From assembly GCA_051362555.1 (NCBI GenBank), contig CM120642.1, positions 24,738,001 to 24,802,000 on the forward strand: a DNA stretch of 64,000 bases, given 5' to 3'. The stretch comes from Lingula anatina (taxonomy: Eukaryota > Animalia > Brachiopoda). Under the pieces are notes generated by a model. It worked only from the letters and a program-made list of their open reading frames with translations, searched no databases and had not been told where the DNA came from. Positions 49,275 to 63,510 of this stretch are shown here, one piece after another. The translations under genes were made by a program, and so were the position numbers. How positions within the stretch are numbered: position 1 is the first letter of the stretch; each line of letters starts with the position of its first letter.

Positions 49275-52200
49275 TTAGCGACTGGGGATACTTGATCCAT
49301 TAACTTCAGCGCTTGCTGCAACAGTAGCAGCGTTCACATTATTGTCTCTGGCATCCATGGAGAGATCTAAATCTTTCATCAGCCTTTTAGCCTCCAACCA
49401 GTCCATTTCCGGGTCGGATTTCGGCATTATGATGCACATAAATCGTTTTCCAGTATTGCCGTCGTATGGGAGTATCAAAATGGGCGCAAACTCCTCGTTA
49501 TTAGCCACATAATCACACACTTGATTGTACACGGTTGGGTACATATGACGTAAGCTCACACCCCTCTGACGTAACTTCCGTTGTATATTGATAAAGCACA
49601 CTTCCCGCGCTTTTTGTGGCCCGAGCTCTTCGAGTTCGTGAGCGCCCGGGACTGCGGTAAGAATAAGAGTTTCTTGTTCTTCTTTGGCACCTGGTTTAGT
49701 TTTAATATGTGCAGCGCTGAGTCGCAGTTTGGCGCATTTGTGTATGAGTGGTCCTGCCAGGCGTGGAGTTGGCTTTACTGGGATTTCCTTCGCTGCTAGA
49801 ATGCAAACGTGCACCACGAATTTGAACTCTGGGTTGTATTTCTTCGCGAACGCGTGAAGTTCTGACAGCTTCTCGTTGTCTAACTGATTCTCGAGTTCTT
49901 TGACTGACACGTATTTTAACTCAGGAGGGAAGTCCATTCCTTTCTCCAACATCTCACTTGCAGCATCGGGGGTATCAAAATAGATATGGACATACCCTCG
50001 ACCTCGAGACAAGTACCCAGTGCGTGCAACTCGCGATACATGGTACAATAAGTCTTGATCCTTGTTGATCTTTTTGATTACATTTTTGCACACACTGCTC
50101 ACTCGACTGTAGAGGCATCTTTTCTTGTGGCTGTCCCAATGCATTTTCCGGCACTGTCGACTACAGTAATACGTATAACAATGGTGACAGGTCTTATAGC
50201 TTTTTCTAGCCTCTTTGAGCACTTGAACCTTGCAACATTGAGGATATCGACACTTCACAAGAACTTTCTCGTCGTCCACGACTTCAGTGGATGTTTTCTC
50301 TGGAGGGATCTCCTCCTCTAAGTAATGTATACTCTGCGTACTATCTGCGCTCATATTCAAGGAGAACATGCTAAGGTCGACTGAAGTTCCACTGGCGTCC
50401 AGGGAAAGCATGCTGCTCATTGGGGATTCCTGCAATGCAGATGTCATGAAGTTTTGCACTCCGGTTTTCTCCGGCCCGCCCTCGAGGCTATCAGCTTGAG
50501 CCCTTGTTGGCGATTGGGTGTCATTTGGAAGAGATAATAAACCATTAAGGACCTCCTCCATAGATGCATTCTCAAGAGAATCTTCAAACACGTCTTCTGC
50601 CAAACCGCCGTCCCATTCCTCGTCCGAATCGTCCAAATTTGTTTCTGTGAATGTCACCTCTAGTTCATTGTGTCTCAGAGGTTTAGGAGTGCTACTTTCT
50701 CTTGGTGACTCGTTTTCCTGGGCTTCCGCGAATTGTAGAATAGGAAACGGGGTGTGATTGCCGGACGATCTTCCAAAAGCAGACATGGCGGACGAAGGCC
50801 TAGATGACGCCATTGTCGCTGGAGTGGACCTCCCAGCATGAGAGGACAAGTTTCTAGAATGTCTTCCTGTCGGTTCCGGTGCGTCCCACTCCATAGTTCG
50901 TCTTTCTACGGGCGGTGTGTAGTAATAAAGATCTGCAATGCTCGATTCTTTTGACAAAGACCCAGCTGTATCGAACGGTCGTGCTGGAGATTGCGGTGGA
51001 GTAAAGAAACGCTGTACAGCTTCAAACGCCAGCTGCATGTTTACTTCCGGTTTTGGTGGCAGCGGCTTTCCTTCTGTTGGAGAATTACCCTGCGTCTGCG
51101 CTGTAATGGCATCAATTTGAGCACAGATCTCATTAATAACAGGGTCATACGTTGGTTCTTGTTGCCCGTCTTCCTCCTGCTGCCCATTAGTTCCAGGCCC
51201 ATTACTAGTTGGGCTTTGCTTGGTTTTAGGTACTACCGACGTGCTGCCAGTGGGGCTTCCACTTCCCCAGCGGTTTTCTATGCGTTTTAATTCATTTGGG
51301 CTTTGGCGAAATTTTGCACTAGGAAGTTCAAATTTTGTTGAGCTTAACTGTGACGTAGGTGTTGTGGGTGAAGATTTGTTACTACTGACCGACAATGGCG
51401 GCGTCACCCTACAAGGCGTTATCACGGGACGCGAGCCAAGTTGCTGTCGAGACATCGCAGGTGGCGATACCGCTGGTCTCGGGGACGGTGAGAAAATATC
51501 ACCAGCGCTGTTGGCATTCTTTAAGTAAACTCCCTCTTTAGGTTTGTGGCTGACAGGAGACGCTTTATACCAATCTGGCACAGTAAGTTTTTGGAGAGAT
51601 TTGCTTACGCGAAGACCATACGTGGATTGGCTGTGTTGGTCACTAGATAAATCTCCGTCGCTCAATGGAACGTCGTTTGATCCTTTTTCCAACTTATTTG
51701 AACGCCTACTGCTCGTTAATTCCATCATGCTCTTTGCTTTACTAATTGGACTTAAAACTTCATCTAGATTAGTTTCCTGGTACAGTAATGTTCTGGTTTC
51801 TTTCCCAGTATCCAGATCTGTCTCCAGTAAGCACGGTGTAGAGGCTCTTTCTATGAAGAATTTGCTGGGGTGTGTATGGGGGCCTGCGTGGCACATATAG
51901 ATGTTATCCATGGACTTGGTTTTGCTGGCACGCTGCAATGATTTCGCCTTAGCTTCAGCAATTGCTTGATCAATATCATTACGTGATACAGTCAAACTTT
52001 TTGGTCGTGCTTTACGCAGTTTCTCTTTTAAATCCAGAGATGGGCTAGTTTTGTTTGCACCAGAATTAATCCCGGGTAGATCCATATCTTCTACTTTCGG
52101 CACAGGTACATGCGCCTTGTCTTTATGATGAGATTCACGTTCAAAACGAGACTTGGCAGATTCAGACGCAGCGCCGCTGAGCTCTTGGTTCTGCGGAGAA

Positions 52201-55200
52201 CCACGAAGGAATAATTGTCGACTGACTTTGCTTTTCATTTTGGATGGAGGAACGAGCGCGTCAGGCCTTGAGTCATTCGTATCGTGATAATACGGTTGAG
52301 CTGGAGAAACAGGGGCTGACACAGGCTCCTGTAGAACAGATTTGTACGTTTTGGGAGGCGGCTGAGGTCTCTTTTGTTGATTCACGGAGTCCAAACTGCT
52401 AACACTACCGGTGTTTCTGCTGTACGTCTTTTCTGGTCTACTTGGAGCAGTATTATAATTCTTTGGGGGTGGTGGACGCGGTGGCGCATTTTCTGCATGC
52501 GAAGGCACTTCTGGTACACCGCCTGTTATGAAATCATTAGTAGTGTTCAAGATTGTATGTTTACGTTGAGAATCCTTTGGACTCGCGGACCTCATTTTCA
52601 CAGGTGAATGATGTCGTTTTGAATCCAAATTTCCCTTGACGTGGTCACACTCGTCGTCGTCGTCATCATTCCTCGAAGGTCGATAATGCATTTCTTTATA
52701 CCATGACGGAATATTCGCTTTAAGTGCCCTGGTGGGAGACGCCGACGGTGACGCCTCTGGGCTCAGTAACCTGTCCGGAGTTTTAAGCCTCCTGTTGAAG
52801 GAATCATCTCTTAAAATATGACGTTCCATTGGACCCAGACGCTTGGTAGGGCTCACTGAGCGCGGAAGATATGTTCTTACTGTTTGTACTGAGGCATCAT
52901 TAGATGCATGCGACTGTTCGTATTCATCCCTGGTATTTTGCATTGCATTTTGATATGGAGATCTCCTATCCTTGAAGCTCGCATTGGTATTATCTGCCTT
53001 AGTTACCGGTAAACTATTCGCACTGCTACTACCGCCAGCTCCAAATGGAGATGCACTCGCTGACCTCACCGATACTTTCATGACGTCACTTCCTATCATA
53101 GCACCACTGACGTCATTGGCATCTTGCAAAATGTTTTGATCGCTGGCGGCGTTTAACGTACAGGACGTAGACATAACCACGGTCACGTCCGACGGAACCA
53201 TGGCGTGACCCCTGGTTGTAGCTACGCCTGACGTAGCGTTGGCGCTGGCGATAGAAGCAGCGTGAGCAGTTGCCCGGGCAACGGCAAAGAAGGGATTGAG
53301 TCCTGACGCTTCGGCACTGGCGACAGCTGACACAACTGGGCGTCGTAGAGGAGACCCAGGTCGACCTAGAGAGTCTGATTCTATCTCTTGTCGCGCGACA
53401 GCAGTGGAAGTCGCTATAGCGGTCACTGGCTGCAGTGGAATATCATTATATCTCATATTTCTATCGACTGCCTCATTATCCTGGCCTGTTTTCTCGTTTC
53501 CGTTCATTAAACCGTGTGTTAAATCACCTCCTCTGGCGTCATTGCGTCCATTAACTGGATTAGTACATATTTCCTCGCCAGGGGAATTTCCAGGTAAACG
53601 AAAATTATGCGTTGTCACGGGAATCGTGTCTCTCTCTGGTATACTGCTTCGACTGACGCAATCAGCATTATAAGTTCCGTTATTGAATTTATTGTCCGTG
53701 TCTGGTCCCTTGAGTAATCCACTCGTTTCATTTGCTATATGATCCGACGTCTTGTTGCTATCACCACCCTTTGGTATTTGATTTGCAGTACGTGTATTCA
53801 GCGTTATGTGTTCATACGCGGAATTGTCCCTGCTCTGAAATACATGCAAGTCTCGAGATCCCTGATATTTGCTGTCGTGTTTGCTAACCTGTTGTATAGT
53901 TTGCCTAGTGTCATTAAACAGGGGTTTATCACTATGCCGATCTCTGGGATCAAGTCCTTCACGATCAACCCCCTGTTTATTATAATCATTGCCGGTGGAA
54001 TCCCATGAATTGATTTTTAAGTCATGGTCAATAACCGGCGTGTTTTCCCTGATACCGGGTCTACGGTCCAATTTCGACGCCACCAGGTCAAACGTATGTG
54101 TATTTTGATATAGGACCCCTCTTGACTTTATTTTGGGTTTCACGCCGGGTGAAAGTCCCCTGTTGTCAGCCATTTTTGCGCTTTTATCCGCCGTATTTGC
54201 TTTAATGGTTAACTTTGAATGACCTTGTTTATTTACTTCTTTGACTCGAGTGTTGTGATCGTGGGTTGTCCTTGGCGTCGCTGGTTCTGAATGTCCACTA
54301 TGGGTCCAGTGATGTGTGTGACCATCATCTGAAGGTCTACCACAAGTCATAATCGCTCCATCACTGCCATATTCATATGACTGCTTATTACATTTTGTTT
54401 CCCTTGTCACATTGAAATTATCTGATAACACTGAACTAAGTTCCGTGAACGTTAGCGCACTTGTATCAATTCCATATAAATCATTTACACAGTCCGATTC
54501 GGGTGCATCGATATATTTCAGTGATGTTTTATCACTCAAGGGACGTGAGATAGGTTGCGAAACACGTTCAATAACCTGCGATACTTGCAGCTGCTTAATG
54601 TCCTGGTAGCTTTTGTCAACCGAACACTTGCGACTGTCATCGTCATTTAACTTACTCGGTGACTCTGAACGGAGTTGACAGTTTGTATTTGCCCCTCCTC
54701 TCTCTGCGATTGTTACTACAGTCCCCAGCAGACCTCCTCGAGGAGTTGTTCTCTCTTGCTCGAGGACCACGTTAGAATCCGAGGAGCTAAGACCATACTG
54801 CAGGGGTCTGTAACTTCCATACTGTACAACGTTTGTTGCTTTGCTACGATCACTCTCGCCTGAGCATTCAACGCTTAACTCGACACTATTGAACTTTTCT
54901 TTTTTCTGAATAGCGCCACCTGTGTTTCGATCGATAATCAATTCTTGTTCAGCGGACGCTTTATTTTCAGACCCGGGATCATTATTTTCGTTTTCAATTA
55001 AACGGTTTTGATTACCCCACTTCCTTTCAAAGGTAATACTGCAGCCCGAACTTAGACGGAAGCTGATTTCCGAACTTTGCCGAATTTCTGTCCCCGAGTC
55101 ACAAACTGAGCCTCCTGCCTGTATAGGTCTCGTCTGCTTCTGCTTCCCAGTCACGTTTGCATTGATTTTGTTCGTATGTACAGATCTCACCTCAGGATAC

Positions 55201-56038
55201 GAGCAAACACAAGAGCCGTCGTCTGCGTTGGTCTGATTATGAGTTTTTTCAAATTGACTGACACGTAAAACCTCTGTGGAAACAAATTGTTTTGGGGAGT
55301 AATCGTTTCGAATTTTCTCTGCGCTCCCTGCCTTTGGCTCGTCAAATGTCATAGCTGTAAGTCCTCTAACCGAATTTACGAGTGCTTTACAATGCGTCGT
55401 GTTAAATTTATCACTGTGATTTGTCAAGGGCTTTTCAGTGCTCAGGTATGCTATGTTATCAGTATTTACGTTGTCAGGTCCGCTATCGTCTGCTCGCCTC
55501 AATTTGTCATCATTTTCAGCGCACCTCTTGTGCTGCCGAGTGCATGGGGTTGATAGGTAGAGGGTGTTAGCGCTATTAAAGTTATCGACGCTGAACAAGC
55601 CGGGTTGTGATTTGAGGGCATTCTCTACTGATGCTGGTACTGAGGTTTTGCTACTAGCACTGTAAGGCAAATCCGCGTTTATGTCCTCTATCTGATCGTC
55701 TGCTGGTGAGGCTAGAGAGCCGTTGTGCCTATCAGTTTCATTTACGTAATCTTTTTTACGACTTCCCTCTGATATTATTTTATTGTCTTCCACAGCGGAG
55801 CGGGGACGTTGTAAACGTTCATTACGTGTAGTAAAATTATCGTCACTATCCGGATAAATATTGACTTGACCGGTAACCGTCTCAGCATTACCTGACAGCG
55901 CGTTCGTGACCAAGCATTTTAATGATGGCCCCGCTGCGCCCTCCTCTGTCGTTTCTGTCGGGGAAATATTGGCATTTCTTTGCAGACTTGGGTAATATCC
56001 CACGCCACGTAACTCTAAATTGGCTAAATCGCCTCCAT
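49275..56038 (-). CDS. AJM1: Apical junction component 1 (AJM1/C9orf172-like) main exon: long low-complexity region plus C-terminal MYND-like zinc finger and AJM-1 conserved domain
   Basis: Uninterrupted 2266-codon ORF. The C-terminus CRYPQC...ARKSYKTCHHCYTYYCSRQCRKMHWDSHKKRC...VSRVARTGYLSRGRG...RQRGVSLRH matches the AJM-1 family as I recall it. Strong acceptor ttttgttctttcag|56038. Confidence 0.85.
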
Positions 56039-58986
56039 CTGAAAGAACAAAATTGTTTGGTAGCTTATTCATCATTTAATTTAATCAAGTTTTTTGTCTG
56101 CCTGTGGTCGTTAAATGTTGAGTAAATGTCTAAGCACATAATCATATTAGTTTAATCAAATTTAATCAGAACAACCTTACACGTGGTACTTAAATTGCTA
56201 TTTGACACATCACGGAGAGTCATTTCACTTTACATATACAGAAATGTACTTGTATGTTTAATTTTTTCAGCCTTAATCAATATGTTTATATTTACGAAAT
56301 TTAATCATAATATAACATGATCTTTGCATATATCATGCTGAGGGTTATATGTCAATGATGACAGATTAAAGGAATATTAATCCGACTTTTTATCTTGAAG
56401 TGTCTGCCTGACACACAGTCGTTTTATGAGTTTACTTGGGTAATTTCGTAAGTGTGTATCGGCTCTTAAAGCTAAGCACTGCAACTCAGTCCGCATACAA
56501 TGTGATTCAATACAGGAGAGAAGCTACATAAAAGAAATCTCATTAAATGAAAAAAACGTGACACCGAAGGAGACGTACACAGACTACTCATAATATATCA
56601 TGAACTCCACTGCCTCACTCTTTAACAAGGTTTCTAAGCGGAGGCTTTATTTCACTCACTAATTAATTTCATTTTTAATAGAAATTAGTGAAAATAATGA
56701 TTGGGCGTGTAAACTGTAACTCGGCTAAATGATATAATTATGGCACTCGGCCAACGGGACACGTCACTTCCAATAATGGTTGAACATAACTATCGACAGT
56801 ATCGTAATTTTAAAGAAACGCTGCCCTTAAGACAATGGTATTCCATAAATCTTAAAGTGTCGTGAACTCAAGTAAGTTACGGTTCACACGTGTCCCTGCT
56901 TTGTTCTAGGCGTACACTAAACAATCAAATATTAAATGAGAAAATCGAAGGAGCCTAATTTGCTAAATAGTCAGCCTAACCTTGCTGTTGTACAAAAAAT
57001 GGATTAATGACCCATACTTCTACGACACTGGATTTATCACAAGTTTTTAGTCTGAGTTACCTTCCCGACCATCACAGATCCCAGGTAAATTTGACAATAG
57101 GACCCTTCTTTTATTTCCCGATGTCCACATCCCTCCATTCCCGTTGGAAATCCGTCACCTTCCCCTGATCAAAATTTTCCCAAATTTTTTTACACAAATA
57201 AATTAGTTGTACCCCCGCCCTGTCCCCGATTGTGTTATAGAACTTATTTGAGGGATTTCCCTAACTTTTCCTAGTTTTTACTTTCATTTGTATTATGTTT
57301 TGAGCGACTCTTTTGAGATTCTGGATTATTAATAAGAGAGTATAAACCACCGAGTTGACGCGATTTTCTTTCGTGCAGCTAACGCTTTTTTTCTCTTGTT
57401 ATTTCACTGTAAGCGCCACTACGAAGAAAGTGCAAACTTTGAATAACCGCCAGTCAAGTATTTGCTAGTGTTACGTCTTTTGATTATATTTTCCATTGCT
57501 ACAAAGCCGCGTTGTTTGTTTTGTAAGCCGTACGTGTACTTAAGGCTCTTTAAGGCGACGAAATGCAACCGCCTCTATTCTGGATTCAGATTAAGGAAAC
57601 AAGGGTTCATTCGTTGTTATCAAGTGATTGAAGTAGGTTTTTAAACCAAGTATTACTGACACAGTTTACGAATACCTTTGTTGTTATATGCACCACTTGC
57701 GGCTGTTCGAGTCAAATCTCTGATAGAAGTCAAAAGAAAATCTGGCTTAGTTTTTATTTTACCAAAATGTGCTTCATTTTCTTGTCAAAACGTGCTTAAA
57801 AAAAATAAAAGCTCGTGCATTTGCATATCTGTTAAGATGCATAAAATTCTACTAAAGGGAACACGGTTCCTCCGATTAATGTGCACATCTTTCAATGACC
57901 ACTGAGAAGATGACTTTTAGATTTAACTTGTTTTTGCCGTCATGAAATGGAATTTTATTAAATAATTAAATCAAAACATAAATCTTATTTTAAGAGCGAC
58001 AAAACGTATACTGTATAACTCTCCGATATTATCCATAGCTGGCTGTGCATGTATGCCACGATGAAAATGATTGAGCCAAGTTGTCATAGAGGATTGTGGT
58101 AGTTGTGCCAAGTAAAAATGCAATAAAACAAACGGGCAAAGCAATCGCAATCCACGTAAAAATAAAAACAATGCATCTTCGGACTTCCGATTAGACTACT
58201 TACATAATTTCACGGGTAAATTACAAGCAGGCAGTCCATAAAAATTTAAGGCATTATATGTCTCTTGAAAAGTGGCAAGACCATCCTGAGATAGTCCGTT
58301 GTAAATATGGTAGAGATACTTAAGGATGTAAATGGTGGGGTGTAATGAGATGATGAATAAATTGAATGAGGCACAAGCAGACTTATACAGTGGTGGATAA
58401 AAGAAGGGACCCCTTCCCTTTTCTAAGACAAATCTGCGGAATCAACTTTTGTGCCTTGCTATTAGAAGAGACAAGGCTGACTCGAAGATCAAAATACTTT
58501 AGCAAATGGTCACAGATTTGGCCATATTGAAAAAAATCTTTGTGGCGAGGCACGTTGGGTACAGTTTTGCCCAGCTCCTATTCTTAAACATGAACCCATG
58601 GTCTACTGCTACCATTTCGTTTTTTTCTTATATAGGTCTATACGAGTAAACAGGTCTTCTAACGTTCTTATACAAATCTGAACGATTTGATAATCCCTGT
58701 GCTCATCACTTTTTACTCAATACATTCATCATTTGGTCAGTAATTGGAATCATCAATAAGACAGTACGCAGCAATTTGTCTTCTTTCCACATCTGCCTCT
58801 GACTCATCACATTTTTCAATATGCTATTAGGACAGATCATCAGAATTGATGGTTATCATAACAGTGCTTCAATTCGATTTACTGTACAGAAATCCACCTG
58901 AGCTAGATATTTATGGCGGAAATCTAAGAGAAGATATTTTTGTTGTTGTTGTCTTCGTATGTTGTAACTTAAAAGGCATGCCTTTA

Positions 58987-58989
<3 letters not shown>

Positions 58990-59030
<41 letters not shown>

Positions 59031-59371
59031 TAAGTACCACTCTGTGTTTCTGGTCATAGCCCATCTTCAAGTACATGTATATCTCCAAGAAACAGAAGCT
59101 ATAAGGTCTCCGTTCTACGTGCCAGCGACACAATAATAATATTATACATGTTCATGATAAACCAACGTACACGGAAGCAAGCATATTAATTCTGCTGTAC
59201 CATGAACTGAATAACATTTAATCAAAATGACTAAGCTTGCCCGCATGTTTTGGTCTTGTTTCCCATATTCGATCACGAAATGACATACAGTTACAGCAGC
59301 TGTATGTGCTGTATTTACTGGAATATTATCGTCTGCTGAATCGTGGTTAGAACCCGAGAAACAGTCTCTCT

Positions 59372-59427
<56 letters not shown>
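58990..59427. repeat. (CT)n and (CT)n(CA)n microsatellites at ~58990-59024 and ~59365-59427
   Basis: Dinucleotide runs. Confidence 0.85.
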
Positions 59428-60340
59428 TTTTGACAAACACACTCATTGTGACACACACAAAAAGAGAAAAGCAAAGGCGTAAATCCGGATAAACATACTA
59501 CTTAAAACAAAGAGAGAGAGACAGACAGAATTATAGACAGATAGATGGATAGATAGATACATCAACAACGTCCTCTGCAAAAGTGCGCTCTTATATCTGT
59601 AAAAGTGGTGTATATGGGTTTTCTCATCGCACAGTTTATGTCAATAACATAATAAATAAATCATGCCAATGACATGATTTGTCACTGAACAACAGCAGCA
59701 GCGCTAGGACTTGACCTTAGCAATGTGCATTAACATTTTAAGAAACAATGAGAAACCTTTTTAGATGTCACATTTTGCACCTGAAGAAGAATCGATACAT
59801 CAAATCTCTTTGCTGAAAAATAACATGAATTTGCTGTGCAAACATGTAATGGCACTTAAGCCTGAGTAATGACAGCGAGCCCCTAAGCACTGTATTCTGC
59901 TTTTAAAATATCATGGCAATGTGGGTATGTTTTATTTGGGATAGGGTATGGCTTGGGTGGGAAAGCATTTAAGTATATAGCAGCAGAACGCCCATATTCT
60001 GATATAAAAGCTAATTTAGCTACATTTTATCAGTAAATGGACTCTCTTATTCTATTCTCAAATCCATTATGGTATTCACGCAGTAGTAACTGTTTATAGT
60101 CTGCCCTATAGATTTCAATGTGGGTTTTGACTTCATGAAAACTAAGTGCGCAATTTCCCTTTGCCAACGAAATATCCTTTTGATATGTATTGAAAATGGA
60201 TGTGTATCATAGTTAACCCTTATTATATATTTCGTGACAGCATGTTAAAGAATTACAATCACGAATATTAGAATAAATACAAATACAATTTTCAAAACTA
60301 ATAATTTTAATCCAAAATGTACAATTAATTGGAGACCTAC

Positions 60341-61484
60341 CTGTCCCCTGAATATTCGTATCACAACAGTCGTATTCCCCCTCTGAATCGTCTTCAGAAT
60401 CCGAGCCCTTTGGCACGAGACGTACGCTCCCCGTAACGCTGTCCACGTCAATATCTACGTCAGAGACGTCACTATCCCAGTCAACGTTCATATCCTCCCA
60501 GGGAAGCTCTGTGATCGTTTGTAACCCGGGTTGATAACCCCAGATGCTCTCTTTGCGACAATAGGTATTGCTGGCCATAGTTATGGCGTCGTCGCTGTCC
60601 ACGGCGTCTTCACTTGACGCTTGTCCTGCCCGTCGTCTCTTTACGCTGCTCTCTGGGGAGAGGTCAAGAAGGGATTGGTAGTCCTCTTCTTCTAATATTT
60701 GCCTGTATTCGATATTCACTGTAGAGTCTTTGGTTACTATAGTAACCGACTGAAGTTCGTCCTCTAGATTGTACTCTTCTGTTTGGGGAGTATATGGGTA
60801 ATTAGCCAGAGTATCCTTCGGGACATCCCTTATTGAACAGGAGGAACTATTCTGCAATATGCGCTTATCGGTATTATTTGAGGCTGATCGAACGAAGATT
60901 TCGCTGAAGCAACCAGTCTCAACGTCGTTCTCAGGGACCTCTTTGGTCGAGTCCCACGGTTGAACGCACTTTCTATTTTGCTTCAAATCCTGGTTTAGAC
61001 CTAATTCTAATACGACTGGTTGGTCGGCTGTGTGCAAATTGTTGTCACATGAACGCCCCTTGCATTCCCGTGAAATATTTATGTTACTGCGGCAAAGCGA
61101 TGACATGTTGGTTGCACGTCTCTTACCGGTGTTTTCAGAACACTGACTAGGTTGGGTTGGAGAAACGACATATTTAGGGGTTATATACGTTTGTCGCACC
61201 CCTTCTGCTGCTGCACTGAATCTCATCTCATCCGGCTGGGCCATCATGTCGGACTCCAAGGAATATGCCGACGTAGGACCACCATTGTTGTTATCATAGC
61301 GAGTCGCATAGTCACCGAGGCCGTCGTCGACGTTTTCCTCCTCGTCTATGTCCTTGACAGACCTTCTGAGCACCCGTCCTGCTTTGTACTCGAGAATAAA
61401 TCGCCATGACAGAACAAACGTTATAACCGTCGCTATGGCCGCAGACAGAAACCGTTCGAACAGTCCATCGGAGAGGCCCGCCAT
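60341..61484 (-). CDS. Coding exon (381 aa) with an N-terminal hydrophobic segment and acidic C-terminal part; probable first exon of the AJM1-like gene
   Basis: ATG in gcaATGG context. FLSAAIATVITFVLSWRFIL is TM- or signal-anchor-like. The donor ACA G|gtaggt at 60341 is phase 1, matching the phase-1 acceptor at 56038; the joined ORF is 7908 nt. Confidence 0.7.
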
Positions 61485-63389
61485 TGCTGTATCTGTATGC
61501 TGTGCAAGCTTAGACGTTATCGATTTAATTACGACTCCGCTGATCGTCTAGAATAAACACGACTCCTGGTAATTTTACTTGATTTACATTGGCTCTATGA
61601 AACGCCGAGTATGCGAGTGTGACTGTCTCCATAGCCACAAGGACACACACGTTGACACAATACAGTTTATCCGATTACGGTGTTGATGAATATGGCTGAC
61701 CTGCTTTCCAAGGTAAAAATGCAGGCTAATTAGTATCAGCAATACTGAGATTATGTTAAGCGCAAGTTTGAAATAAACGTATATTGAATTTTTGTTTTTA
61801 TCTTAAGAAAACGGGTTGTCATGGGCGTTGGCAAGTAGTCCGTGAACATCCGTATTTCTAGTGTCTATGTTTGGTGAGGTGTCCTGGAATAGATGTAAAC
61901 TAAATTAGACATTTAGCCTGAACATCTTTCAACAAATATCGTGGCCTTTTCAGAGAAATAATTTCCAAGTACAAGCTTGAAAATATAGACAATTGACTCT
62001 TTTCTAAGAAAGTTTCACATTTTAACTTTCCTTCTGCACTAAGAATCCGAAGAGCAACATTATGAACTACAAATCTATGCAATATAAAAAGAAAGGCAAG
62101 TCATATCCTTTTCTTTGAAAACCAAAATCAATATATCATCATGTACTGCATGTATTTTAGATAAGATGACTGTCTTATACAACACTTTATAAAGGAACAG
62201 TCACCGCACAGTGTGCATACAGAGTGCGGGTGAATTACATATGTGTTATTGATACTGACGGGGTGTTCTATTTTTAATTTAATGAAAAAGATTGACAAGT
62301 AAGCGCATATCTTAATTAGTGACAGTATCGCAATCTCTTAATTACATCTTAATTAGTGACAACATGTTCGTTAGTGTCTCGATCACCACGCATCTGCTGC
62401 ACTGTAAATTGATTTTTGTCGCATTTTTGAAATTTAACATTCAAATTCAATACATTTTATATTCTACCCACCAATTTGTACCCTTGTTTCTCCGCCACAT
62501 GCAACGTAAAATATCTCTCGGCTTGGCCATTATGAGACAAGTTTTGATCCAGCTTCGTCGACAACATAAAAACGCACATATTGGTCTTGAAAATTAAGAT
62601 AAAGATCTGTATTGTGCTCTGATAAACAATTTTTATGTGAGTCCCTTACCTACTGATGTCCTCTGTTTCCCTCTGTTTACTGTTGTTTTCCAAGAAGTTA
62701 ACTGTGTCATGCACAACGCTCATTAAATAATCACGAATCCTTCTTCTGAACGTTCCTTCAGCGCAATGGTTGTTGCTGGAAATGATCTACGTGTACAGGG
62801 AATCAACAACAAAATGGCAAAGCGCAACCTTATCCATATCGTGTTCTCACGTGGCCTTCTGTCGTGCAGAATCAAATACAACACAGCCACAACGAACAGG
62901 GATTTTGCAGTGTCACAAGAGAACTGTCAATAGTTCCAGATTAGTGGTAGCAGCAAATACGGGGGCTGACATTTTCTATCTCCTAGTATTCCCCAAGCCT
63001 CTTCTGACTATGCTTTGTCGTCACCGTTTATAGACCGACCATGTAAAGTTTGTCCTGGTCATTTTCTGAAAAACAGTTTAAAAAAATGTTATGGAAAAAT
63101 TCTCCTCATATGCAATTGCACAATTTGCACTATAAAACGCATCCATTTTTTGTTATATTTCACATCTTACATGTACCTCAGCAATGACAGATCCAGAGGG
63201 GGGCATAGCGGGCCCGTACCCCTTCATGCCTTTTTTTATCCAAAAACTAGTGTAACTAATGGAACTAGACAAAACCAGGTTCGCTTTTTCATCCCTGTGT
63301 CGTAGATGTAATAGAGAAATTACCCTTATCTACGTACTGCACAGTCGTGGATCCTCCAGTGCACACTTTACTTGTGAACTAATTCCTCA

Positions 63390-63510
63390 TTTTAGTAAAA
63401 CAGGCAATATCCGCACTGGAATCTTTCGCGACTTGGACTGGCGTGTATTTTAGTAAAACGGGCAATATCTGCACTTGAATCCTAAGCAATATGGACTGGC
63501 GTGTATTTTC
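63390..63510. repeat. Imperfect tandem duplication of ~59 bp
   Basis: TTTAGTAAAAC(A/G)GGCAATATC(C/T)GCACT...TGGACTGGCGTGTATTT occurs twice in tandem. Confidence 0.75.

Noticed and set aside
60213-60340. Cys/Ile-rich C-terminus of the 423-aa ORF
   Set aside because: AT-rich sequence after a consensus donor at 60341, interpreted as intron read-through.
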